DNA from: Cycas panzhihuaensis
Lineage: Eukaryota; Plantae; Cycadophyta
Assembly: GCA_023213395.1 (NCBI GenBank)
Contig: CM041465.1
Location: 134,671,741-134,735,740 of the forward strand
DNA length: 64,000 nt
Reading direction: 5' to 3'
The notes under the pieces are model-generated. The model did no database searches. It was not told where the DNA came from and worked only from the letters and a program-made list of their open reading frames with translations. Numbering within the stretch: position 1 is the stretch's first letter; the number at the start of each line of letters is the position of its first letter. The translations under genes and the position numbers were made by a program. Positions 38,501-51,516 of this stretch are shown piece by piece.

Positions 38501-41500
38501 AAGAGACTGCCTCCCATACGTGTTGTGCAACATTCTATTGATCTTATTCCAGGTTTTCCACTTCCCAATTAAGCTCCATATTACACAACTCCTCTCACTC
38601 ATGTTGAATCAGAACGACAGTTGGCTCAGTTGATTAATGAAGGTAAAATTCAACCTAGTTGTTCTCCTTGTGGTTCACCTATAATTCTCATTCCAAAAAA
38701 AGATAAAGAATGGCGTTTATGTATTGACTATCGAGCTCTTAACAAAATCACTGTTAAGAATTGATATCCACTTCCACACATTGATGATTTGTTGGATCAT
38801 CTCAAGGGAGCCAAATATTTTACTAAAATTGACTTAGTCTTCGGGTCCCATCAAGTTTGGGTTGAAGCTCAGGACACATGGAAAACAACCTTCATGACTC
38901 AAAATGGCCTTTATGAATGGTTAGTCATGCCTTTTGGTTTGACTAACGCTCCTGTTACTTTTATGTGGCTTATTAACGATATTTTTTGTTCTCATTTGGG
39001 TAAATTCGTCATTGCGTATCTTGATGATATCCTAGTCTTCAACATCAATTTGGAAGCACATCTACATCATGTTGATACAATCATGGCTTTGTTATGGCAA
39101 CATCAACTCAAAGCCAAATTCAAGAAATGCTTCTTCTCAAAAAAATCTATCTCTTATCTTGGATTCATCATTGACAAGAATGGCGTTTATGTTGATCCAA
39201 AAAAGGTCCGAATAATTCAGTAATGGCAAACCTCTTCCACTAACTGAACTCAAAATTTTTCTTAGTTCTGTCAACGTCTATAGGAAATTCATTTCTCACT
39301 TTTTTGGCATTGCACATCCACTCAACATTCTTACCAAAAATTCCATGAGTTTTGTATGGAACTCTTATGTTGAATCAACTTTCAAAAAACACAAAGTTGC
39401 TCTCTATACTGCGCCTATTCTTCATCTTCCTGATCTCACTCAGCCCTTTGAACTAGAAATTGATGCTTCCCAATTTGCCCTTGGTGTTGTTTACTTTATC
39501 TAATTCCAACTTTATGAAATGACCATGTGACATTAACATTGTCACAATAGTATCAAGGATTAAGTTTATGATTTGTGCTATGACGAAGTGGCTATTGCTT
39601 ATAAGGTTGGAGGCGAACAAATACCATATCGCCAATGGAAAAGGTTCGATCAGAGCGGTGGTGGTCGGCATGTTGTTGCATGCGATTTTGAGCCATGGCC
39701 AGATTTTGCTTAAGTGTGTTTAGGATTTGGCCTATGTCTTGCAATTTTTATTGCATCAAGGCTATACGCAGGTTAGTGGCCAAAGTATGGTGAGATGGTG
39801 GGGGATAACCATAAAGGGCCATGAATGGGGACATGCCAATTGCAGAGTGGTGGGAAGAGTTATACCAATATTCCACTAAAGCTAGCTAGGAGGTCCATTG
39901 TTTTTGGTGTTCAGATGCAAAGCAACGAAGATTATGTCTCTAAGGTTTGATTAAGAACCTCTGATTAACCATTTGTGTGGGGGTGGTATTAGGAACTCAT
40001 GTTGAAGGAGGTGCCAACTGCACGAAAGAGTTCTTGCGAAAAGGAAGATGTGAATTTGGGGTCCCGATTAGAGACTATGGTGGATGGAAAACCGTGGAGG
40101 CAAAAAATGAATTGGATATAGAGGTCAGCCAGGCGGGGGACTTGGTAGGATGTGTGGACTGGTAGAAAGTGGGCATATTTTGTTAGTTGATCAATGATTA
40201 CCCAAATGGATTCATTTCTGGTTGAGGGTGGAAGACTAGTGATGAAGTCCATTGTGATATCTTGCCATTTGCCCTGTGGAATTTGAAGGGGTTGGAGGAG
40301 CTCAGGCTGAGCCTTCGTGTCTGTCTTGTTGCGTTGGCATGTTACCATTCTACTATGAAGGCCAGTATAGAGGATTTCATTTGAGGCTAGTAAAAGTCAG
40401 AGCAGATACGATGATAGGTCTTATCAAAACTTGAGTGACCTCCTAAGGGGGTGGTGTGGTACTCGATCAAGATACGAGGAATGAAGGTGGAGAATGTAGG
40501 GACAAAGATTCTATTTTTGTAGAGAAGGTGGGTGTTGTGCAAGGTCCAATCCTTCTGAGTGAGAATCTTTGAGGACCACTTACTGAAATTAGGTTGGGAT
40601 TGGTTGTCATTAGCTAATTCTTGGAGCCACATGGGTTGAGGGGAAGAGATGGCTTATAAGATGGGCTCAGAGGGATCCAATGGGAGACAAGAGAGAGCAT
40701 TGACTACAACATTTTCTTTGCCCTTTTTGTAAGATATAGTGAAGTCAAACACTTGGAGGCAATCGACCCAGTTTGCGTGCTCTTCAAAAAGGACAGGCTG
40801 GTCAAGGAGATGACAGAGACTATGGTGGTCGGTTAAAATAGTGAATTTGGATCCTATTAAATACTGACGCCACTTATCAACTGCATGAAGGATAACCTTC
40901 ATTTCTTTTTGGTAAGTTGAAAGTCGACATTCATGATCTTTTAGTTTTCGACTTGCCAATAAAATTCTGAAGCAGAAATTCAGGGCATATAGCTTCGTGG
41001 CGCTAACCGTTAACCATTACACTACAAGACTTCATCGGCTGATAGTTTACCTATATTAGGGAGGATTTTGGGACCTAAAGGGGTCCTCCTATATTCCCGA
41101 AGGTACGTGGAGGCACACTTCCGTAGTCAGGTTCTGTCTAGGGCTTAATTCAGGAGTGTTATCTCCAATCCTTCGCACAAGGGTCGGAAAAACCACGATG
41201 CACTTAGCCAGAATGACAGATCCTTCTGATATTTAAAGACCCTCAGTACAAGGTCTCTACCTAACTATTTGGGTAGCTGTTTAGCGGTGTTATCTACCCT
41301 GGAAGAGAGGTGGGAGGGAAAAGGGTAGCTGCCCAACGGTGCTATCTACCCTTGGACTGATAATCTAATGCAGACATTGAAATAAATGAATGCAAAGCAG
41401 AAAGAAAATGGAGTACTGGCGTTACCTAGGGGAAGAAATTCCCCTTCCCTCACAACTCTTGAGTCGTGCTGGTATTGTTCCTCAATCTTCGTGAAGAGAG

Positions 41501-44500
41501 TACTAAGCAAAGTTTTTCCCTCGATCTCTACTTAGGTAGAGAGAGTACTCGATCTGACAGGGTTTTTTTTTTTTTTGATTTTTTTCCAATCTGTTGAATA
41601 GCTTCCCATGATTGCGAACGTAGCTCTGATACCACTTGATATGATTCCTTTGGGGATTCTTTTACACCTGATCAGAAAACCAAAATGCAGAATACAAATA
41701 GAGCACAAATGAACACAAAAATGGGCAACAAAAGTTCGCACCAAATGGGTTGCAATAATTTCTCATTCAAAAGCTAGCTTCCTTTACATCCATAAGGCCT
41801 TAAATAAGCAAAATGGCCGTTTAGTCCATGAATCTAATTGGAGAGGCATTCGGCCTTTATTTTCATTGGTGGCCCTAAGTGGCCCATGGACACCTTTTAA
41901 TAGTTAACATTAAGATCCGCCTTTTACTAGCAAAAGTGCCTTCACTAGGGTTTTACCAACAACTAACGGTTGTATAACACGTTTGCAGCAAGGATACATT
42001 GCAAATAGCACCAACCCATTTGCATAGCCAGTCATTAATTTATAAGAAGGATGGCTTTTACCGCATGTGTGTGGGTTATTGGGGATTAAACAAGTTGACT
42101 ATCAAGTATTGCTATCCCATTTCTTGGATAGATGATTTGCTAGTCGAAATACATAGAGTGAGGTATTTTTTAAAAATTGGCCTGCGGCCAGGATATTATC
42201 GTATTCGGATCAAAGAAGAAGATATACACAAAACAACATTCCACACTCATGAAGGATTATTTGAAATTCGAGTTATGCCATTTTTGTTGAGAAAACTAGG
42301 CCCCAATAACCAGAAACCACTACTAAGATCTAAACTATTTTGCAACTAGTTATAGGAATTGAAACTGAAATTTTACTTGTAAGTTCTTAAACTAGAGATA
42401 ATACAATAATTAAACTAGAAAGCCAAAGCATCACATATACACCCGATATATTGTGGTAAAACTCTAGCAGTGTGTTAGGGAAACATCCACACAGGTAAGG
42501 TATCGATCTTTATTATCTAAGAATGGAGAAATGTACAAAATCTGTAACAGAATGCTCACAACAACAATAACCAGCCGTCTCTTCTCAATACAGTACATCT
42601 AATACATCGAATACCATCAACATAATGAAAAAACACTCTAAATCGGGCTATATGAGAGAGTCATACAAGGCACAAATCTCGACCATCAAATCTGGGGTAT
42701 TTTGAATGAACGACCCTAATTTTTTTTACAATTTAGTATGTTTTATAGTGCTAGCTTTTTGGGTCCTCTTTGCGGGGGGTGTCCCTAGCCTGCCCCTTTG
42801 GATCCCCCCGAGGAAGTTTGGGGAGGGAACCGCGTTGCCAACCTGTCAAAAATTTTCCCTTCAAAACATTGTTGTCACATTATCTAGGAATTTCCACCTT
42901 GACAACAATTTATCTGATACCTTTCCTAGACCATTCATCACCTTTTCTGCAAGTCAAGAGAAATCAAACACCATTTGAACTTCTCCAATAGTACTGGTTT
43001 TGTGAACACGTCAGCACAATTTTGTTTTGTGTTAACCTTCTCAAGTGCAACTTCACCTGCTTCCACAACCTGTCTAACAAAATGGTACTTAAGAGCAATA
43101 TGCTTTGTCCTACTATGATAAGCTGGATTCTTTGCTAAGTAAATGGCACTTTGATTATCATAAAATACCTTTACCTTTTCCTGTTTCCTTTTAAGCTCAA
43201 CCAATAGACCTTGCAACCAGATTGTTTCCTTATAAGCATGTGCTGCAGCAATATATTCTGCTTCTGTAGTCGATAATGCAATTGTGCTCTGCAATTTTGA
43301 CATCCAATTAAACGAACCATTTGCAAGAGTAAACACATAACCTGAAGTAGACCTTCTCTTATCTAAATCTCTTGCAAAGTCTGAATCGGCATATCCATAA
43401 ACCTGATTACCTGTACTACCAAAGGTGATGCAATAGTCACTTGTGTCCCTCAAATACCGAAGCACCCATTTCATTGCTGCTCAATGTTCCTTTCCTATAT
43501 TTGTCATAAACCTGCTAACTACACTGATTGCGTGTGAAATGTCACGTCTTCTACATACCATGGCATACATCAAACTTCCTATTACACTAGCATAAGGTAC
43601 ATGAGACATATAATCCTTTTCTTCTTCATTACTAGGACTCATACTCAAAGAAAGCTTGAAATGAGAAGTCAACAGAATACTCATTGGTTTCACATTTGCC
43701 ATACCAAATCTGGTTAGCACCTTCTCCACATATTTCTGCTGTGATAACCATAGCTTACCATTTTTCCTGTCTCTATGTATCTCTATGCCTAAGATTTGTT
43801 TTGCAACTCCTAGATCCTTCATATCAAAAGTCTTAGCCAATTGAGCCTTTAACTTGTTGATTTCTGCCATACTCTTGCTTGCAACCAACATGTCATCAAC
43901 ATACAATATCAAGATAATGAATAAGCCATTGTCCAAGAATTTAAAGTAAACACAACGATCATACCCACTTGAAATTTTGGCTCTCCATGAAGGCATCAAA
44001 CTTCTTATACCATTGCCTAGGTGATTGCTTCAAGCCATACAATGATTTCCTAAGCTTGCAAACAAGTCTTTTCTTGCCATCCTGTACAAACCCTTCTAGC
44101 TGATCCATATAGATCTCCTCATCTAAATCTCCATGCAAAAAAGTTGTTTTTACATCTAACGGCTCCAACTCCAAATCAAGAGTAGCTACCAATGCTAACA
44201 GAACTCGAATTGAAACAAGTTTAACAACTAGTGAAAAGATCTCATGAAAATCAATACCTGTTTTTAGTGCAAAGCCTTTAGCTACCAGTCTTGCCCTGTA
44301 TTTATCAACCTTTCCATCAATATCCGTTTTCTTCTTCAAAACCCACTTGCAACCAACAATCTTCCTGCCATGTGAAAGTTCTACCAAGTCCCATGAATTA
44401 ATTTTCTTCAAAGCATCTATCTCTTCTTGCATAGCCCTCTTCCACTTTTCACTATGGATATCATCTACTACTTCCTGATAGCATGTAGGCTCACCATCAT

Positions 44501-47500
44501 TAGAAACCAATGTAATAGAAATAGAAGGGTTGTACCTGTCAGGTGGATGACTGACTCGTGTAGATCTTTTAACAGTTGGAGAGGAGTGTCCACATACTAC
44601 TGTAAATTTGCTGTAGATTCATCTTCAGAAAGCTCTTCCTACACCTCCCGGCCAAGTGGGGGCTCTGCCTCCCTTGGATCTCCTTGAGGAAGTTTTGGGG
44701 GGGAACTGCGTTTCCAACCTGTTAAAATTTTTGCCTCCAAAACACTGTTGTCACATTATCTAACAATTTTGTCTAACTAATGCACCAACAACATTTTAAA
44801 GTATAATGAATAACATACTCGAACCCTTCTTATAGAAGTTTGTGTTGGTCTTTTTAGATGATATTGTAATTTATAGTACCACCTAGATAGAGCATTTGGA
44901 GCATATCAAAACAATTCTATAGGTTTTGAGAAGCAACCAATTCTTCGCTAACAAGAACAAATGTACCTTCGGAAAAGATGTGCCGGAATACTTGGGGCAT
45001 ATTATTACCTCGGAAGGTATCAAAATAGATCCCAAGAAGGTTCAAGCCATCATTAGTTGGCCTACTCCCAAGAATGTAATCGGAGTAAGGAGCTTTTTAG
45101 GGGTAGCAGGGTTCTTTGAAAGTTTATTAAAGGCTATGCTCATATAGCATCTCCACTAATGGATCTCACGAAGACGGATGCTTTTGCATAGAATCCCTTA
45201 TTAGAAAATGCCTTTCAAGAACTTAAAAAGGCTATAATCACCTCACCCATTCTTGCAACTCCAATTTTTTTCCAACCTTTCACTTTAGAATGTGACACAT
45301 TAGAGACCAGAGTAGGAGCAATTCTCCTCTAGAATGATTGTTTGCTAGCATATGAAAGCTGGAAGTTAAATTGTGGGAAAAAACTCAAACCCATTTATGA
45401 TAAAGAGATGCTTGCAATTATGCACGCCATATGCTAATGACACCAATACTTGCTAGGAAATAAATTCGTGGTCAAAACAAACCATGACAGCCTCAAATAT
45501 TTCCTCAATCAAAAGTCATTGTTTGATGAACAACAAAAATGGGTAAGCAAACTTTAGTCTTTTGATTTTAGCATTCTGTACAGAAAGGGGAAAGAAAATG
45601 TTATTGCAGATGCTATATCATGATTACCCGAGGACAATGACAAAGACTTCTCTCTGAAAGTAATCTCAATAGCCACCCCCAGTTGGACACAAGAATTAGT
45701 GCAAGGGTACCAACGTGACCCCCATCACAGAAGGTACTGAAAGAGATCTAGAACCAAGAGTCTACAAAATAAGAGCTACAAGATCTAATTTTACGAAAAG
45801 GAAAGATATGGGTTGCAACCACATCAAAATTAGAAGAGAAAATATTAGAGGAAGCCCATTCCGTCCCAACTGTAGGTCCCACAGGAATCAACAAGACTTA
45901 TTGCAAAATACAGAGTTCTTTCTTTTGGAAAGGGATGAAGGTTAATGTTTTCAAGTTTGTATCAAAGTGCAACTTGTGCCAAAGGAATAAAAGTGAGAAT
46001 GTAAAAAACCTAGGTCTACTCCAACTATTGCACATCCCACAACAGAAATGAGAAAAAATTTCAATGGACTTTACTATGGGCCTATCAAAGTTTGAAGGTA
46101 AGGATGCCATTTTTGTGGTTGTCAACAAACTAACAAAATATGCCCATTTTTGGAGATTACAAGTGATTGCAAAGGCCAACCAAGTTGTAGAGATCTTTAT
46201 GAAAGAGATACATTGTCTACATGGTCTTACTAAAGTCATTGTCAATGGCTGTGATTCAAAGTTCACTAACCATTTCTAGCAAAATGTATTTAAATTAGCT
46301 GGTACAAAATTATCAATGAGCATGGCCTATCATCCTTAAGCAAATGGACAAACAGAAGTCGTAAACAAGTGTTTAGAAAGATACCTGCGGAATTTTATCT
46401 CAGACAAACAACAATCATGGCATAACTGGCTCCACCTGGCAGAGTAGTGGTATAATACCACATACCATACAACATCCAAGATGACCCCCTTTCAAGCAGT
46501 CTATGGATTCGAACTACCATCAATCCTCACATGGACCAAGGCATTCCAAGTACAAACTATCCAGGAATAGCAAGAGCGGATGGAGCAAACAATCTGGATA
46601 CTGAAGGACAATTTGAACATGGCAAGGAATTGGATGAAGCGACAAACAAGTATGCATAGATCAGAAAGGACTTTTTCAATAGGTGATTGGGTTTTCTTAA
46701 TACTGCAGCCATACAAGCAGTCAACTATGAAACAAACAAATAAGTATAAATTGGCACCTCGATTCTTTAGACCATACCAAGTCATCAATAAATTGGGAGA
46801 AGTAGCATACAAGTTGGCCCTACCGTTAGGCAGCCGAATCCATGATGTTTTTCATGTATCATGTCTCAAAAGAAAACTTGGGAAAAATATCACTCAAACT
46901 AAAATTCTGGAACTTGATGAAGAAGGCAAGATCCTTATTGAACCAGAGGAGATTCTATAGATCCGAACCAAAGAATTACGTTCTAGAGAGGTCAAAGAAT
47001 ATCTCATAAAATGGAAAACTTTGGATTACGAAGATGTGATCTGGGAGTTGGAAGCATGGTATCAACTGCACCTAGATTTACCCATGCTTTGAGGCTGACC
47101 TTAAATGAGCAGAAATAAAGTATGTTCTGGCCGACTTATATTCCCTGTTCTGGCCGACTTTTATCTTTTGTTCTGGCTGACTTTGAAAGTATGTTCTGGT
47201 CGACTTACATCTTATATTCTGGCCGAGTTTCATAAATGCTTTTTGAGCTGCCTATACAAAGACATTTTGGCTCCTTCCTAGGGCATCTTAAGGACTTTTG
47301 AACTGCTGTATTTTCGGCTTAAAAGGCTGCATTCTCAAAGGCACCTCACCTCGAAGAGGGAAGACGGAGATAGACGCCTTATCTATAAGTTTTGTGCATT
47401 AAATTTTACTCTATTTTGCTTGATATTTAATCTGTTCTATATATTTATATGCAAGAAGTACATCACACTGCATCCACTTTCAGTCAATTGTATGCATTCT

Positions 47501-50500
47501 TCGATATTTTGGCAATATTTCTATGCTAGTTATCCATTTATCTGTGTAAATCCCTGTGGTCTCGTCTCAATCTGCATATTTGATGGCCCAGGAAATTGGA
47601 TAACGCTAATCTTTTCAATCTCAACTTTGCTCTGAATAATGTATCCAAGTGCGTTAACAACAAGTACATGCAAAGCGGGAGCAAGTGGGTTACATACTTG
47701 ATGCGCTTAACGCAATTTAACAGTAGTAATAACACCATTCAGAGAAATGCAAGCAGAAGTATTAGCAACGAGCACTTGCACTTGCACCACTCTAACAAAG
47801 TTTTTCCCAAAGCTAAGGGTAGATAGCATTTGAGACTGAAAGCTCACTCAGCACTGTTGAAAGCTTTTTACAGATCAATTTTCAAGAAGAGAATATCTTG
47901 AGAGGAGTTTTTAACCTATTCCATCCCCTCTGACAGCAATTAGGTTATCCAGAATATATCTGCCCTTAGTTTGCTTAGGCCTAGCAATCTTAGAGAGAAT
48001 GTGCCTAGTACATTGGGCTTGGGCTTTGGCAAGAATTTTGTATAAAACATTGCACTAACATATTCTATCTTAGAATGCTTCCTTTGAATTTTTTTTTTTT
48101 TTAATCTTGTTTGGCTTGTATGCACATATTGCTTGCATATTCGGATGCATATTTATTGCATCGGAAATGAATCTATGTAACCTACTATGCATTTATGATT
48201 TATTATATCACAAACAACTCCCTTCACTGGGCAGTTTACTTATTTCTAAATCTGGTGGAGAATATTTTCTAGATTTTGTACTAGCATATAAGACACAGAG
48301 TATGCTGTTCTTCATACTATATTTTGTGTTTGCATGTGTATGTTTGTGCGCGCTCATCTGCCTAATGATGATCCAATTGTGCTCAGAAATTTGCTAACTG
48401 ACACATTCTGCCTCTGGTTATATTCAGGATGATACTGCATTTGAGAAGCAGAGTGCACTTTTTGCTTTAGCTGTTTCAGATATTGTGCTGATAAATATGT
48501 AAGTACAAAGTTTCTGTTTTCATATTTGTTGGTATACAAATCATGGTGAAAGCCTAGTCTGTTATTTTCTCACAGTGAGCCATTTGCATGTATTGTTGTG
48601 TGTGTAGGTGGTGTCACGACATTGGCCGTGAGCAAGCGGCAAACAAGCCACTGTTGAAAACAGTGTTCCAGGTATTCTGTTGTTTGGTGAAGCTCAAGAG
48701 AATTTTATTAAGCAAATGTTGCGTGTTCTCATTCGTGAGCCATGAGTGTCTGCTCCTTTAACAGGTTATGATGCGTTTATTTAGTCCTCGCAAGACAACC
48801 CTGATGTTTGTTATTCGAGACAAGACAAAGGTGCATTTAATGCTAGTGTATTATTTGGTCTTCTTTTGAGATTTTAGGACATGACAAGATCAACTGAGTT
48901 TTTTGTAAGGTCACAAGTCCAAACAAATTTGTGGCTTTGAGTTTGAATGTATTTTGTGGCTTCTACTAAATGCTTAATTTCTTTCTGTAGACTCCTCTGG
49001 AAATTCTGGAACCCATTCTCCGAGAAGATATTCAAAAGGTGAATCTGTTTTATGGCTTTCTGATCATTAAATTTGAATTGTTTTATTCTCTTTTAGATAT
49101 TAAGCTAATCAGAATTTTTAAATGCAGATATGGGATTCTGTTCGAAAGCCCCCTAAGCACCGGGAGACTCCAATTTCAGAGTTTTTTAATGTTTGTACTT
49201 TCATTGAAGGATTCTGGAGTGTCAACAATTAATAACTGCTCATATAGTTGCTACCATCTATAATCATTTCAAAGCTTACCTTCTTCCGAGATGATGTAAT
49301 TCTTTCTGGTTTTTAATTGGACTCACTAGTTTTTATTCTGCAATACGTAGGTTGAGGTGACAGCTTTGCCAAGTTATGAAGAGAAGGAAGAACAGTTTAA
49401 AGAGCAGGTAAAGACTTGGCTTCTGTTGGTCTTGTAAGATGCCTCCCTATTTACCGTCTGCTATAATGATAAGGTCATAATATGCTGTTTGATCCTCTGC
49501 TTGATTAACAGAGCTTGAATTACTTTGCTAAACTGTAGCCAGGGCGAAACTGGGTTTGGAATGATTTTGAATAGCAATGGACTGCTATGTGCGGCTATTT
49601 TGTTGTTTCAATTTTTTCATATTGTATTCTGCAAGGTTGTTTTTTGTTAAATACTTTTGAAGAATCATAATTGTGTTTGCCAACTGATGCTTAGGTGGCA
49701 AACATAAACTATACTTGAAAATGTAAAGAGATTGCTTTGTCTGCATTGATTTATAAATCTTTGCTAAATTAGGTTTCAGTAACTGCTAGTTTTGCGCTGT
49801 ACTTAGCATAGGTTGCTTTGCTTAGACAACGTTTTTTCAACTCCATTACTCCGGGCGGACTCGCTGGTGACAGAAGAGCAGTTGTTCCTGCATCAGGCTT
49901 TCCTTTCAGCATACAGCAGATCTGGAAAATCATCAGAGAAAATAAAGACCTTGACCTGCCTGCTCACAAGGTGCTCATTTCTTTCTTTTAATTTATGAAT
50001 TTAGAGTTGACACACTGGATTGTTTCTGTGGTTGCTTTTTCAGTTAAGATGATTGTACATGTTCAGTGGTGGGTTTGTGACAGGTGATGGTTGCAACCGT
50101 TCGCTGTGAGGAGATTGCAAAAGAAAAATTTCAAGAATTGACATTGGATGAGGTACTATATGATTACCATTTAGTGATTTCTTCAGTAAACACCAGCCAC
50201 TGGGCTATGAAAATGAGGAATTATGTTTCTGAATCAACATTTCTTCTATTGATTGGAAATGTTTCCCACCTTTCTGAGGCATTTTAACATTTCCAGATGG
50301 CATTTCCTTTGGGGTATACTTACGGGGGCTGGTTTCTTTGGGCTTGGAGAACAAAAGTCATTATTTAAGCCCTTAAAATGCTGTTATGGTTGTCCTAATA
50401 CATGATTGAGAACTCTTTATATTTTGAGATTTCTTAAAGACCCTTTTTTGATTTTCCCCAAGAAAGAAACCATATTTATCACATTTGCTGGTTTCCAGAA

Positions 50501-51470
50501 AAGTTACTTTATTACCTGCCCATCGCCATCCTCATATCAACATTCCTATGTTTTGCTTGCCTCTTTTTTCTTGCTATGAGTTGTTTAATTTTAATTTTGG
50601 TATTCATCTGTTGCATTTTCTGGAGTTCCTTTTGATTCACTGTGGTTGTCTAGGGTTGGCGAGAGCTTGAGGAAGCTGTACAGTCTGAGCCAGTCCTTGG
50701 GTTTGGGAGGAAATTGAGTACCATACTGGACAAATATTTCTCAGGGTAGGTTTTTCATACTAACTGAGAATGTTTCTCTGTATCAGGAAGCATGCAAATG
50801 TGTGAATCTTTTGTTTGCTTGTTCATGCTTATGACATGCTTAACAGTAATTTCAAACTTGTAATTCATCATCATTGCCACCTTTGTAACATTGTTGCTTT
50901 TTATTTTTTATAGAAATATTTTCTTGTTACTTTTTTTGATTTATGCCTGTAATAAAAGTTGTTACCTGGCACTTGTTTCCAGTAAGTTTGAACCTTGTCT
51001 GGTTGGTCTGGTTGTCTTTTGTACCTTTCATCATTTTTATTATTATATATGCCATGTCTTGCATTGTTTATTTTCCTGCAAGTATCATTTGAGTCCACTG
51101 GGTATGTGAATGATCATGTAGGTTTAATGAGAAAAATGAGCCTCTTCTGTTAAGTCCAGCTAATCTGGAGGTTGTTAGCAAAATATTAGAATCACGTTAT
51201 ACTGAAACAAAAATGGTCATAATTATCTAACACATGCTTGCTAGAAAACTGATGCTGGTCCTAATCATGAGATTAACATGTCTTATTATTCTTTGAACAA
51301 TGTCCACAATTTTTTAGGCCTCTGCTATAATTTCTGATTAGTACACTTCTGTTGATTTTAGGAGGAATTTCATAGGTCTCGTATAGCTTTGCATCCCATG
51401 GGTTTAGCTGTGAACAGCTTGATTGTGTTGAATATCTTTCCCACCCTGCCCCACCTCCCCCCCACCAACG

Positions 51471-51516
<46 letters not shown>

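Noticed and set aside
40985-41040. tRNA-like D-arm text on the - strand (GTAGTGTAATGGTTAAC)
   Set aside because: No T-arm/GTTCRA or acceptor stem; not a tRNA gene
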